A stretch of DNA of 64,000 nucleotides from Podarcis vaucheri (Eukaryota). The DNA lies in NCBI GenBank assembly GCA_965113315.1, contig OZ220368.1. The stretch is one strand, 5' to 3'. Position numbers and translations under genes: made by a program. The notes beneath the pieces were generated by a model, which made no database searches, was not told the origin of the DNA, and saw nothing but the letters and a program-made list of their open reading frames with translations. Positions 51,873 to 64,000 of this stretch are shown piece after piece; position 1 is the first letter of the stretch, and the number at the start of each line of letters is the position of its first letter.

Positions 51873-52717
51873 ATTTTGGACTTGATGTTTTCGATTTTCT
51901 CAGCAGTTGCCTGGACTTCCTTATTAAGGAATTGAGACGTGAAGCAGAATGTGCCTACCTCCCTGGTCATACTTCACTACAATAAGCTGTAGAAATGTGT
52001 GATCCAGTTAAGCAGCCAACAGAGATCCCTACTGATGTTACCATACAGGGTTTTAATCCTGTTAGGTCCCCCTGAATGAGTGACAAGTCAAACAGCATTT
52101 CATTCTGTGAGCCTGATCTGTTGTTTGAACTGCCTGTAGTTGTATAGGGGATACTGAGTTCCCCTTCTAAATTGGCGTTCTGTTGAAAGTCATCTGTATC
52201 ACAACAGCCTTAGCCATGACATGTGAACATTGTTCTGAATGGGCAATATGGTGCTTCTTTGTTTTTTATATGTTCATTTTGCATGTAGCTCATGCAGTTG
52301 TATTCTTTTACTCATTTTACGAAGCTGTGTTGGTATGAATATAAGAGACACACCCAGCTCAAATAGTACTGCACTGTTCTGTTGCAGTTACAGCATGTGC
52401 AGTGCTGTCTTTCCAAACCTCCCTAGACCATAATTGTTTGTTCTTAGAGCACTGCCAGGTGTTCAGGCCTCTTTTTTTTATCTTTGTATGTTCTTCTGGC
52501 ATTTAAGTTCTCAGACTAAAACTCAGAGCAGGTTCATAAACCTGGAACACAAGTTGACCAAAGAGCAAGCAATATTCTGTACTCCAATACTGACACATCC
52601 TTTAGATAAAAAACTTTTTAGACTAGTAAGCCCATCAACTTTGGGGGCCCCAACTCCCTCAAATATTTTATTGTGGTGTGTGTGAAGGGACCTCAGCCCC
52701 TAGGAGTTGGCACTTAA

Positions 52718-52880
52718 GCTACATACTATATACCATGAAAGCACATTATTTCCCTCAAAGAATTCTGGGCACTAGTTTAAGTTAGGCTGCTGGGAATTGT
52801 GATTCCTCAAGGGTGAACTCTTTGAGGGAAATAGTGCTTTGAATGTGCTTTAAGGGTACATATAGTGTGTAACATAGCCT
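52718..52880. mobile_element. Palindromic MITE upstream of the DEF6 promoter
   Basis: AAAGCACATTATTTCCCTCAAAGA ... TCTTTGAGGGAAATAGTGCTTT inverted arms. Confidence 0.6.
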
Positions 52881-53149
52881 GAGTTTAACTTTCCCTTCAG
52901 GAAATTACGGTAAGAGCTGGAGCATCCTTATCTGGTGGCCTCTGCTTGGAGACCTCATACTGCATATTGTAAACTGCCTTGAGTATGCTGAGGGGCAGGC
53001 AAGATTAAAACAATTTTTTACAACAAAATTTTGCCAAGTAGAAAGAGGCCCCCCAACAGGTGGCATTAACCGTGAAAAGAATACATTTATGTAGCCCCAT
53101 GAAATGAGTAACCAGGCAGGCGACATGCCAAATCTGAATGTTGTTGGAC

Positions 53150-53760
53150 TCGAATACAAATTGGACTCCCGCTAGTGTTTAAAGACGGGCGAACTTCCTG
53201 TCTTAAAAAAAAAGATTTGTATTCATTGTTCTTTGCTCAATTTCACTGAACAACGAAAAGGGGGAAGGAAAAAGAGCGAGAAGGTGGCGCGCAAGCTCCC
53301 CGAGCGTCGAGGCGACAGGAGGCGCTGCGGCTCCCGGGCGCCCTCGCTGCCGGCCGCGCGGCGCAAAAGCGGCGCGTTTCCTGAGCGGCCCGAGGGAGGA
53401 TCCTCCTCGCCCAGCCAGCAGACTCTGTCCGCGGGGCGCTCGAGCCATGGAGTTGCGAGCCGAGCTTCTGAAGTCCATCTGGTACGCCTTCACCGCCTTG
53501 GACGCGGAGAAAAGCGGCAAAGTGTCCAAATCTCAGCTGAAAGTAAGTGGAAGCGGGGCGAGGGAGCGAGAAAAGGCGGCGGAGGCGGCTGCTTTCTCCC
53601 TCAGAGCCCGCGGCGGGCTTGGGGCGCGCACTCCGCCTGCCCCCAGCAGGGCTGCCGGGCGCTTTGGGAGCCGGAGGGCAACTTCGGGAGCGAAAAGAAA
53701 AGAAACCCCCCTCACAGCTGTGGTGGCGACTTAGGGTTGTGGGATTGCTCGTGAAGGCGG
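53150..53760 (+). promoter_or_regulatory. DEF6: DEF6 CpG-island promoter
   Basis: CpG-dense; ETS-type ACTTCCTG near 53193, E2F-like GCGGCGCAAAA near 53358. Confidence 0.8.
53447..53542 (+). CDS. DEF6: DEF6 first coding exon ([32 protein letters not shown]); exon 2 not found in the window
   Basis: gccATGg Kozak, AAA|gtaagt donor, phase 0; KSIWYAF matches DEF6 rather than SWAP70; gene order SCUBE3-ZNF76-DEF6. Confidence 0.93.
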
Positions 53761-55220
53761 GGGATATCTAAGGAGTTGTGTTCTTCTCTTTTTTAAATAA
53801 AGGGAAGGAATAAACATTATGCACTTAAATGTTCTGGTCTTTAAAATATGCCTTCCCCCTTTCTCTGCATTGGGGTGTGTAAGCATGTGCGTGTTAGAAA
53901 TAGACATTTGCCTTCTTCCTGTTGAATTTCCTCTGCCCTTTTCCGAGGCAGTTGGTTGCAAATGCTGCGTTCCTACCCACGCTCTCTACCGATCTCATAG
54001 CTGGCTGCTTTTAAAATGGGGCAAAGGTTGTGCAGAATGTGGGTTCTGCGCCCCCCTTTACAAAAAGCGTTTCTTTCTCTCTCCTTCGCAGTAATCTTGT
54101 TGGGTGGGCATGAAAGATCTTCTGCTGAGTAGACGAGACTCGCTTTCTTTAAAGGGGCAAAATGAAGAGCAAAACTCTCCTTCCTTGTAAAATCCTTGTA
54201 AACTTTGAAATAGCAACAAAGGCGGTGCTTTGAATTACAATGTGGACGCTGGGTTTTGCTTAATCACAGTTTTCGGAGCGGGGGAGATGGCAGATGAGAT
54301 GCAAATGCATGCAAGCCCAGCCAAAGTAGGGCAGAAAAGATCTGAGGAACGCTTGATGCAAATAGTGGCGACACCTTGTGAAATCAACACAAGCCGATGA
54401 GCGTAAGTGATAAAGGCTAAGGCTGGCTTCCTGCACTGCTCTTACATAAAGTGGCGGCTGAACCAGTGGGGAAACTGTTTTGCCCCCTCGGGACCAGCAT
54501 CCTTAGCCCTTGAGCCGTGCCAAATGAATGCAAATGCTGGGCAGCTGCCCGGCATCCCCAACTGTTTGCAGAGAACTCCCACGTTGCTGTTGCTGCTGCT
54601 CTGTTTTTTTATTGCATCCTAGAGTTTACCCAGCAATGCCAGTGTCTCAGATGTGTTTTTGCTCCTGCAAATAGGCTGTGTAATAATAACTTTCCAATGA
54701 AGGTTTGTTATAGCCTTACACTTAAGCCCCTTCCCGGATTTTTGCACCTTTCCCAAAAGTTCATCATGATTGGCCACAGTTTACCCAGGACAGGACACTT
54801 GGAACCAGCCTGGGAAAAGATTCTTTTTTTTTTTTAACGTGTTTCTAGCAGCCTAAGACTAAGCCTTAGATTTAACTGTGCAGCTGTACATGACTTTTAA
54901 GAAAGTATTTGCTTGTTTGCAAAAGCGTCTAGTATGAAAAGGAGCACTGATGAGGGCCTCTCTGTGTTTATTTGCACACGCTGGCCTTGCAAGGCGGGAA
55001 GGGTGAAGAGCAAAACAAACAGCAGCATTGAGCCATTGCAAGAATTACATCACTGCCATTTCTTCATGGAATCTTGCTGAGAGCAAAAAGGGGTTGTGTG
55101 TTTGTGTTTACAACTTCCACTCCTTGGTTTAAACGCTGCAAAAGCACAGTATATTTATAAGCAAAAGCATTTTTTGTGGTTACTTTTTACACATCATAAT
55201 TACATTGCTACAGTTTATGA

Positions 55221-55356
55221 TAGGCATGGCCAAACTTGGCCCTCCAGATGTTTTGGGGCTACAATTCCCACCATCCCTGACCACTGGTCCTGTTAGCTAG
55301 GGATGATGGGAGTTGTAATCCCAAAACATCTGGAGGGCCAAGTTTGGCCATGCCTG
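55221..55356. mobile_element. Palindromic hAT MITE (ACTACA...CCCA family) in DEF6 intron 1
   Basis: long near-perfect inverted arms AGGCATGGCCAAACTTGGCCCTCCAGATGTTTTGGG. Confidence 0.9.
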
Positions 55357-56464
55357 CTTTACGAGCACAGGTCAAGCAGTCCCTTGGGGTGTGTGCTTAA
55401 GCAGTGGGATCTGTGCCTTTTGACATCCATCCATAATACAGCAAAATAGTTAATTGTTTATAATGATCAGTGGGCTGGAAAATTTTATTCAGCTATACTT
55501 TTCCATTGAAAACGTTTAATTTTTAGAAATGCAGTATTTTATAAATGTAATTACTACCATAATGGATGCAATACCAGTCAAACTGGATAGCTGGAATGGA
55601 TATAATGCCAGTCAAATCAAGAATTGAAGTTGTAATTAACTCCTTTCAAGTGAATATCCATAGAAAGCAGATACTTTTATGCACATGGTTTTTCAGGCAT
55701 ACTAAAATTAATGTTTGTCTTCTGCTACCTCTGTTTATAAATTTAATAAATAAATAATAATTAAAACAATAATGTATCCTCTCCCTCTTTTGCCTCCTCT
55801 ATTATTATTAATATTATTATTACTTTCCCTTCTCCAGCAGGTCCCTAAGTGGATTACCACAGTCTAAAATTCAGAATTTAAAACAGTTAAAACAAATCGC
55901 AATCACAGAAATAGAGTGGATCCTTTTAAACCACACTAACAGCACCATTCTGTTCTTGTTTACCTAGAATTAAGTGCTACTCTATTCAGTGGCTCTTGTT
56001 CCCCAGTAAGTGTGTTTAGATCTCCCCCTCCCTTATAGTTCAGTTACATTTGGCTATATGCAGCACATAACAGTAACATGACGTACATTTTAAAATTTCA
56101 TTTATTAAATCTAAGTCAAATGTTAAATCAGATCTCAGTTAATTTAGGGTGGTGTTGAAAATATTTCCAGGAAATATTTGGACTTTTTCTGGAAAATCAC
56201 TATTGATGAAAACCAATGAGTATGTAGAGCCAGTTTCGTGGCCAAGAAATACAGGTGCACCTGAGGGATTATTACATGTGGTCTGAAACACACATGTGGT
56301 CTGAAGTCCCTGTTCAAAGGATATTGTAGAGTAGGAAAGAACCTCAAGTTTATCTAGTAACTAGGTCAACCCCCCCCAACACAGGAAATCCACTGCAACA
56401 GCATCCCTAGTTGTTGGCCACATAGCCTTTGTTTAAAAACCCTTAGAGCTTATGTGCTATATAT

Positions 56465-56684
56465 CAGGGGTTTTTAAACAATGGTCCATGGATCCCTAGG
56501 AAGTCCATGGATGAGCTTCAGGGGGGTCTGTGAACTGGGTACATAAAAATATTCAGTTTTAAATTTCCTTCCTGCTACATTGAAAAAAGTCTTTGTGGAA
56601 TGGAAAAAATATGAGGAGGGGTTCCAGAGCTTTCATCAGATTTTCAAAGGGATCCAATGACCCCAGAAAGTTTAAGAACCATTT
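56465..56684. mobile_element. Old hAT-Charlie-type non-autonomous element
   Basis: CAGGGGTTTTTAAAC...GTTTAAGAACCATT termini. Confidence 0.55.
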
Positions 56685-56974
56685 TTTTTGTACATAATTA
56701 GACAGTGTTGTTAACTATTTATAGAATTGCTTTACACATGTGCCAGTGTTGGTGCTTTAACTACTTTTAGGTGAGTGTGGTGCTCATTTTGTGCGAGTTA
56801 AGTCACTGAAATTAGGGACCTTTTGGAGCATTTTAATATGGATGATAATGTAAAATAGGTACTGTGAGTAACGGAATAACACCGTATACTTAACCAGCAG
56901 GACTCAGTTGCCTCTCATCTTAGTAATTCCTTTAACTTTAGAGTAGTTTCTTCAACAATGGAAGGAAAAAATGA

Positions 56975-57590
56975 GTGTGCATTCTGTGTGGGGCTGCCCT
57001 TGGGCCTGGTTTGAAAATTCCCAACTGATGCAGAATGTAGCAGCCAGACTACTGCTGGGGGCACCTGACTGACAAAATGTGACACCGTTGTTAAAATGTC
57101 TGCACGGGCTGGGCATTTATTTTATTTATTTCATAAAATCTATATACTGCTTGATGGTAGAAGACTTCAAAGCAGTTTATAAAAACAATAAAACCACAAG
57201 ATTATTATTAAAAGCAATAAAAACAATAAAAAATAAAAATCAATAAATTAAAAACACATCAGCGTTCAAAATATCTGGTAGGGATATTTACTACCAAGCC
57301 AGATTCAAGGTCTTGATATTCATTTACAAAGCCTTGAACAAATTAGGTCCAGGGACTGCCTGAACCCTTATATCTCAGTTCAGTCACTGAGATTGTCTGT
57401 GGAGGTGTTGCTGGTTGTCCCCTGAGTTGATGGAGCTCATTTGACATGGACAGGAAACCAAGTGTTTGGTGTCATCAGCCTAGTTCCTTGAAATGCCCTA
57501 CCAGTAGAGTTTCAGAAGGCATCTTGTATGTTTACCTTTAAACTTTTACTGAAAACTTCTATATGCTGTCAGGCTTATGCAAACAATTAA
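56975..57590 (+). mobile_element. Degraded L2 LINE ORF2 3' end, interrupted by an AT-rich insertion (~57115-57280)
   Basis: translates to GLPL..QLMQNVAARLL..VTPLLKCLH..ARFKVLIFIYKAL, typical of the L2 C-terminus. Confidence 0.75.
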
Positions 57591-60500
57591 GAAAACATCT
57601 TCTGAAATAGTTGAAGATCTGTGATTTCAAATTTTTATGTGGCTTTTACTGTACATACAGAATTGTGGTAAACTGATATATATTGGCCAGTGGTCAGATT
57701 ATGGAAACTGTGGTCCAGTAATGTCTAGAAGGCAACTGCTGCAATAGGTGATAATTTTCTCAGCATGGGGATACAGTGCGTGCCACTCATTTGTTCACCT
57801 GCTATGCAGCTGTTAAAAGTGCAGGAGCCCTGCTGAAGAGGAAAGTGGTAATTCTAAGTATCTGATAACGTAAACAGGCTCCTTTTTGTGGTGCTTCCCC
57901 ACCCCCCATTTATGGTTATGCTGTGCCTCACAGATATGTTTCCTGTGGGTATGCAGAAATGATGGTTCCAGTGTCAGCATTAAGATTTTTCTTCCTGTTT
58001 AGTTGCATACAGCTCTCGCTTCTTTAAAAATTTACATGGTTAGGATTGTGCATCTGTGAAACCTGGTGATTTCAGAGCTGGTGTTCATAGGTAAAATATT
58101 TTTTGAGTTGACTGGAGACCTTAGAAATCCACGTGGAGTAAATTTGAACTTGGTGGCTATAATGAACCCCTGATTCCTGTAAGATTGTTTGCTGCGGCAC
58201 TGCATTTGAGTATGTGGTACTTCCATGGTTAAAGCAATGCTCACAACTTGGTGATAAATGCTGCTCAGCTTACAAAGTACTTACGGCCATAAATTGAGAT
58301 TATGGCTACTACTCTGAGACTGCTGTTCTAAGCATGCTTACTATGGAACCTGTTGAACTTGATAGAGATTACTTTTGAGTAAACATGCTTAAGATAGTGC
58401 CATTAAAAAAATGATTCCTTAGAAAAATATTGTGAAACCAAACTCAGGTTTGCACACAGCTGAACAAATCCATGAATGATAATTTCATGGCTATAATTAT
58501 AGCTTAGTTGCTGGAATGTTCAGTGGTGGTGTATCTCTGAGGTCTGCCTTAGACCAGGGGGGTGGCTAACCTGTGTCACTTGAGATGGTGTTGGACTACA
58601 GCTACCATGAGCCTCGGCTAGTATGGCTAGTGGTCACAGATGATGGGAGCTGTAGTCTAATAACTCTTGGAGGGCAACAAATTAGCCACATTGGACTATA
58701 TTCTAAGAACAAACAGGAGATGACTACTTCCATCATGCTCTAAAACAGCGGTTCTCAACCTGTGGGTCCCCAGATCTGCTCTAAAAGATGCTTTATAATG
58801 TGTCAGATTGTTTGTCCAGCTAGGCCAGTGTTGTCTGCTTTTGACTGGCAGGGTTCAGGAAGAGACCTTTCTCATCACTTACTATGTGATAAGAAAACTG
58901 GAAGTACCAGGCATTCAAACAGAGTACCTTCTGCAGGGAAATCATATGTTCTGCTTATGGTCTCTTCTGTGATAAAACCGTAAGTGTACCTCTTGACTTG
59001 TCAATGGATTTAACCTGTTTTCAAAGCCAGTCATCAGGCGAGGGACCTACAGTGGCCATGTTTGAACATAGCAAGAAGCCAGATTTTCTGATTTACCTTA
59101 GTTTACTGTGATTGAGCAGTGTGCTAGTGCACCCTGCCTGGTTGTTTCTGCTTTGCTCTTAGTCTGGCAAGAGCAAAATAAGCAAACTAGAAAACCTTGG
59201 TATCCTATTAGGTCTGAACCAGGTATTGTGGATTGTTTCTCTTGAACAAGCCATGATCACTAGCTAACCTTAAAACATGGCCTGTTGTTGACCTGCTGGC
59301 ATTGGCTTGTTAGGGAACAGCAAAATATGACCCCTGGTTTGATTTTAATGGAAAGCCAAAGCTTCCTGGTTTGTTTGCTCTGCTCATGCCAGGGGGGAAG
59401 CAGAATGGAAGTAATTGGGCAGCACGTACCAGCATGTTGCTCATTTACAGTAAGCCACAATAAGTCAGAAAATATTACATGGGAATGCAGTCAGTGTTAA
59501 GAATATGAGTGTCTCTCTGCTTGTGCAGAATGCCTTTTTTCCAACATCTGCTTTTAAGTGAGCAGGACTTCAAGAGTGAAGTATGGGGTTTTGAGTAAGG
59601 CTTGAGCTGCCAATTCTTTTATTTATCAAAATTATTACCTATTTAAAACTGCATCGCCCAGTCTGCTTACCTCTAGAGCCCTTTTCTCATAGCAGGTTCA
59701 CTAATAAATTTTTAGAGCCAACATTATAGCAAAGTCTATGCGAACAGAGGTTGCAACTGCGTTTGTGGCTTCCTGGGCTGTTTAGTAAGGGGGATTTTTT
59801 GCAGGCAGGGAGCCACCTTACTGTTGCCGCTGTGTCTCCTTAAGCTGTGCATGTTGCAACAAGGCAGTTTTCACGTGATTTGGACTTTCCTCCTTTTAAA
59901 ATCCAGTAGTTTTTGCAGCTTATGAATCTTCTGATCTAACTCATCAGTGATTATTTTTTTTAAAAAAAAAACCTTTTATCTTGCAGCAAAATTATAGTGG
60001 GAAAGCCAAGTAGGCTTTAATTTACTGTTAACTAGGGCAATACCTGATTAGTGAAATCATAGTCACTTAATTGTATAGATCGTAGTTTATTTTAAATTTG
60101 CATATAAGAAGAACACAATGAATCTAAATAAATTGCTTGTTCTATAAGTGGTGCGCGTGTATTGCAGGAAATATCTTGGACAGATTTTGCATTTTCCTCC
60201 TAACTCACTAGAGGGAATGCCTTTTCTAGAATGGTGGTTGCCATGTGCAGTTTTTATAAGTACTTTTACAAAAAAACCTAATTTTAAAATGTGTTTCCTG
60301 GTTTATCAGAGGCACCTTTTTTTAAACTGCCACGCTAAATGCTGAAGTTCTTACCAGAGTGGAACAGGTATTATGTGGCAGCTGTAGATGGAATTACTGC
60401 ATTGCACTTTATATGGGGCTTCCCTCGCTGTTGATCTAAGAGTAGGTTATAGAGAAAGTTGCAGCACAATTGCTGTCAGGAGTGAGAGTCTGTCATCGTA

Positions 60501-62129
60501 TTGCACTCCTGCTCAGAGATCAGTGCTGGTTGCTGATTAGTTACCAGTCCAAGTTCAAAGTTTTGCTATTAGTATATAAAGCACTTAACAGCTTTGGACT
60601 AATTTAAACAGGAACCTTTGCTGTATAGTTTTGGACACACACAGTATAATTTAGTTACCCATATTTTACTGATTTTATCTATATTTTAATACCAATCTTT
60701 ACTTTTGCTTTTTTAAACGGTTTTGTGGGTTTTAACTGTTTCTATGGAGAGCTCTTTGATTAAGCGGTTGATAAATCTCTCTAAATAAAGCAATCCCTGC
60801 CCATTGGCAATTCTAGCTGAGGCTGATGGGATTTGGAGTCCAGTGACATCGGGGAGGCACCCCATTGGCTACTCCTGTGTAATATGACATAATAGTATAA
60901 TAGTAACAAGTGGGACCAGCAACAAAACATTCAGGACACCCCATTCCCTCCTCATCTTCCACCCAGTCAGTCATCATTCCAAGTCAGTCTCCCCCTCCAA
61001 ATATCTTGTGTGCTTCTGCAAATTTTGGAGTTTCCCCATTCAATGAATGGTGTCGTTTTGCTACATAAGGATCAACATTCAAAGAATGTGTCCACCATTG
61101 CTGTATGAGATATGCTGTTTGCACGATGGACAACAGTGGGTCACTAGACCCTCCTCTCCATCACCCTTCTCTGGGCTAGTCCTTTGCTGGCATGTGGGGT
61201 TGTAAAAAGGGGCAAAAGGAGGAGATGCTGAGCCATCACCATCTGATATGCAATTCTAACTAGGTGATTGAATTAAATATAGAGAGCTTAACTAAGCTGA
61301 CGGTGGTTAAGGTTACCCAACAGAAGTTCAAGAATACCATAATGTTTCACCGACACAATTCAAATCTACTTTTAAGTGTATTCTGAATTCCATTGTGCAG
61401 CTTCTAAGCATGGGCAGGAGTCAAGGGACCTGTTATAATCTACAGCAGAAGGGAAAGCTATTTTTGCCCAAACTTTCAAGTAACCTTCGGCCATGCTCCT
61501 GGCTGTTGATCATAAGCAGTTTTTATGCACAGTTATTCATTACAAAACAGGGCAGGGAGCCAAGCAATAGAAGCAGCATTGTTATTTTATTTCATAACAT
61601 CATTTTTATTCATTTTAATCTTTAAACTGTTTTATAAGGTTATGTTGAGATATATCTTATGTTTACATTAGATTAGAGTCTATGGCATGCAGCAATTGCA
61701 GGTGTACTCTACACTGTATTCAAGAAAGATTAGCCCAGGTAAAATGTGTGTACAGTATAGGATTGCAGCCTAGATTATATATCTTCTTGTTATCAATGAC
61801 CTGGAATGATGTGTGTGTATGTCCTGTGACACAAATGTCCATATGGTCATGTGGAAGAAGGAAAAAACTTTGCAGCTCCTCAGTAACCCCAAGATGCTTG
61901 GTAGAGGAGCTTGTTGTGTTTGGGTTCTTCTCCAGGAATGTCCATACCATAACCAATCACAAATAATGTGCTCTGACAAACTGGTTTCTGCTTGTGTTTG
62001 TTTGAAGTGGGGAGCTTCTTGTGACAGACGAAGAACCCAAAGACTCAAGCTGTGACTCATCCTTGAAATTTGCCTGATAGCTGGTGGTCTTCAGCTAAAA
62101 GAATAGGTATGTGCTTGGTATTACTTATA

Positions 62130-62209
62130 CAGGGTGAGTCCTTTAAAAGAGGCCCCGTGGATACAGAGTACACATGTTCCATGGGGCCTCTTTTAAAAGA
62201 CTAACCCTG
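62130..62209. mobile_element. 80-bp hairpin Tc1/mariner MITE
   Basis: TA-CAGGGTGAGTCCTTTAAAAGAGGCCCC ... GGGGCCTCTTTTAAAAGACTAACCCTG-TA. Confidence 0.85.
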
Positions 62210-62214
62210 TATAA

Positions 62215-63070
62215 CTACCCTAATTGAGAAAGCCTAGAGGTGCTAGCAGGTGAGGTGCTAGATGATTGGAGATGGGCAAATGCTGCCCCAATCTTCAGAA
62301 AATTGGGATGGTATGGGTGGGAAGAAAGATCCAGCAAACTGAAGACTAGTCAGCCTGACTTTCATACCAGGGAAGATAACCAGAACAGTCTGTAAAGTAC
62401 TCAGTCTTTTTGTTAATGTTGTGGTTGGTAGGAACCAGCATGGATTTGTCAATAAGTAATCATGCCAGACTAATCTTATCTCTCTTTTTTTATTGGCTTA
62501 CTGGTTTAGTGGATTTTGGAATGTGTTGTGGTCATAGTATATCTTGAGTTCAGCAAAGCATTTGATAAACTCCCCCATGATATTTTGGTTAGCAATTTGG
62601 TTAAATGTGATCTAGTTGATAGTATTGTCACAACTGTTGGGAAATGATGCCCAGTGATTCCCAAAGCTTTCTCATTTATGGTCGTTCATCACATTGGAGC
62701 AAAGTGGGGGGAGACAGAGCAGCACAGGACTCTACTCTCTCTCTCTCCCCCTCTCGTCAATTACTTAGGGATGGAGTAATTTCGTTGTCCCCGAAGGGGG
62801 CAATGGCAATAAAGATATTATTATTATTATTGTTATTCCTCATCAAGTTTGCAGATGGTGCAAAACTGGGAGGGATAACTTTACACCTCCAAGATGGGAA
62901 TAAAACGCAAAATAAATTTGACATCTGCAGCGGAGGAGGGATACATAGCTTGGCAGCAATACATGTGAAATGATCTTGGGATTGAACTTGGTCAGAAACT
63001 GAATGTGAGTCATCAGGGTGATGTGGCTTCAAAAAAGTCTAATGCCATTTTAAGGGTTTCAATGTAACTA
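62215..63070 (+). mobile_element. Degraded CR1 LINE reverse transcriptase fragment
   Basis: GEVLDDWRWANAAPIF, LVSLTFIPGK, RNQHGFV..SCQTNLIS, VYLEFSKAFDKLPHDIL, IKFADGAKLGG, with stops and indels. Confidence 0.85.
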
Positions 63071-64000
63071 TAGGGCAATATTCAACTAAATAATTCCACG
63101 AGTGGAATGAATTCAGCTTGTGCAATAGCACTCCCCTTCCGCTGTCCCCCTGTGCAGGCCCAGCACAGTCCCCAAATCAGCTCTGTAAGGTTGGGGAAAC
63201 CCTGAGAACAGTCGATGGGGAGGAGAGGGGGAAAACTCCCACTGTGCAAGAGAAAGTTGTCTGCTCATGCAGGAAGGTACTTTGTGCTACATTGAACTAA
63301 GTTTTACAAGCCATGGGAAGTAATCGTTTCACTTTATTCTGCACTAGACAGACACCATCTGTATCCAGGTTTGGGCACTGCACTTTGTACCTCGGCTCCC
63401 GAACACCTTGGGAGTTGAACATTTCAGCTCCCAAACAATCGAAAACCAGAAGTGATTGTTCCGGTTTTCAAACATTCTTTCAGAAGCCGAACATCCGACG
63501 GAGCTTCGAATTGGTTGCAGGAGCTTCCTGCAGCCAATCAGAAGCTGCACTTTGGATGTCAAACAGTTCGGAAGTCGAGTGGACTTCCAGAACGGATTCT
63601 GTTCGACTTCCAAGGTATGACTGTATAGACATGTTGGGATGGGTTCAGAGGAGGGCAACAGAAAACAGGTCCTGTGATAAAAGCTTGAAGGAACTGGGAA
63701 GAGAAGACTGGGGTGAGGGGGCCATGCCTGTTCTGATATGGAGCAGCTCTTCACAATCTTGAGCGCATAGGTATTTTAACTGGAGGGGCCAGGGATTGAA
63801 CCTGGGACCTCCTACTCTGTGCTACTGAGCTACAGCCCCTTGTTCAGGGTTTAAGTTGTGTTTAGAGCCCATCTTTTTATCTCCTCTCTTTCATTTCTTA
63901 GGTGGAATTCAGATTGAGAGTGAGTGACTTACCCAAGGCCATACCATTTTTTGTATCTTATTGCATTCAAATACCACCTTTTCCTCCAAGGAGCCTTAAG

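Noticed and set aside
53447-53542. SWAP70 as the identity of the last gene
   Set aside because: KSIWYAF...EKSGK matches DEF6; SWAP70 is recalled as KAIWHAF...DHSGK
53233-53754. 173-aa ORF over the DEF6 promoter
   Set aside because: TTG start, out of frame with DEF6, CpG-island artefact
63313-63762. 149-aa ORF with a 136-aa antisense ORF
   Set aside because: Runs through a Tigger-like MITE; no similarity to the recalled DEF6 exon 2 or any domain I recognise

Overview
Vertebrate genomic DNA. The SINE/MITE content (Sauria/Squam1-like SINE, tRNA-Lys+CR1-tail POMSINE-like SINE) suggests a squamate, probably a lacertid lizard. Three same-strand (+) spliced genes lie in the order also found on human 6p21: (1) the last 16 coding exons of SCUBE3 (EGF repeats, spacer, cysteine-rich repeats, CUB domain; stop 31764-31766) plus a probable long 3'UTR; (2) the complete ZNF76 gene (CpG-island promoter ~37.2-37.9 kb, 13 coding exons 39394-51089, 555 aa, seven C2H2 fingers, paralog of ZNF143/Staf); (3) the CpG-island promoter and first coding exon of DEF6 (53447-53542), followed by more than 10 kb of its intron 1. 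I read the exon boundaries by hand from GT/AG sites and reading frame. Introns are rich in non-autonomous hAT and Tc1/mariner elements, SINEs, L2/CR1 fragments and a dead hAT transposase. No bacterial-type systems are present. The most interesting hypothesis is that a palindromic hAT MITE family carries two inverted copies of the ZNF143/ZNF76 (Staf) binding motif ACTACAATTCCCA, with copies upstream of and inside ZNF76 itself and in DEF6 intron 1. Other leads: an in-frame ZNF76-DEF6 read-through route, three upstream ATGs in all three frames before the ZNF76 start, and a competing frameshifting donor in the SCUBE3 CUB exon. Gene and repeat family names come from recalled sequences, not from database searches.
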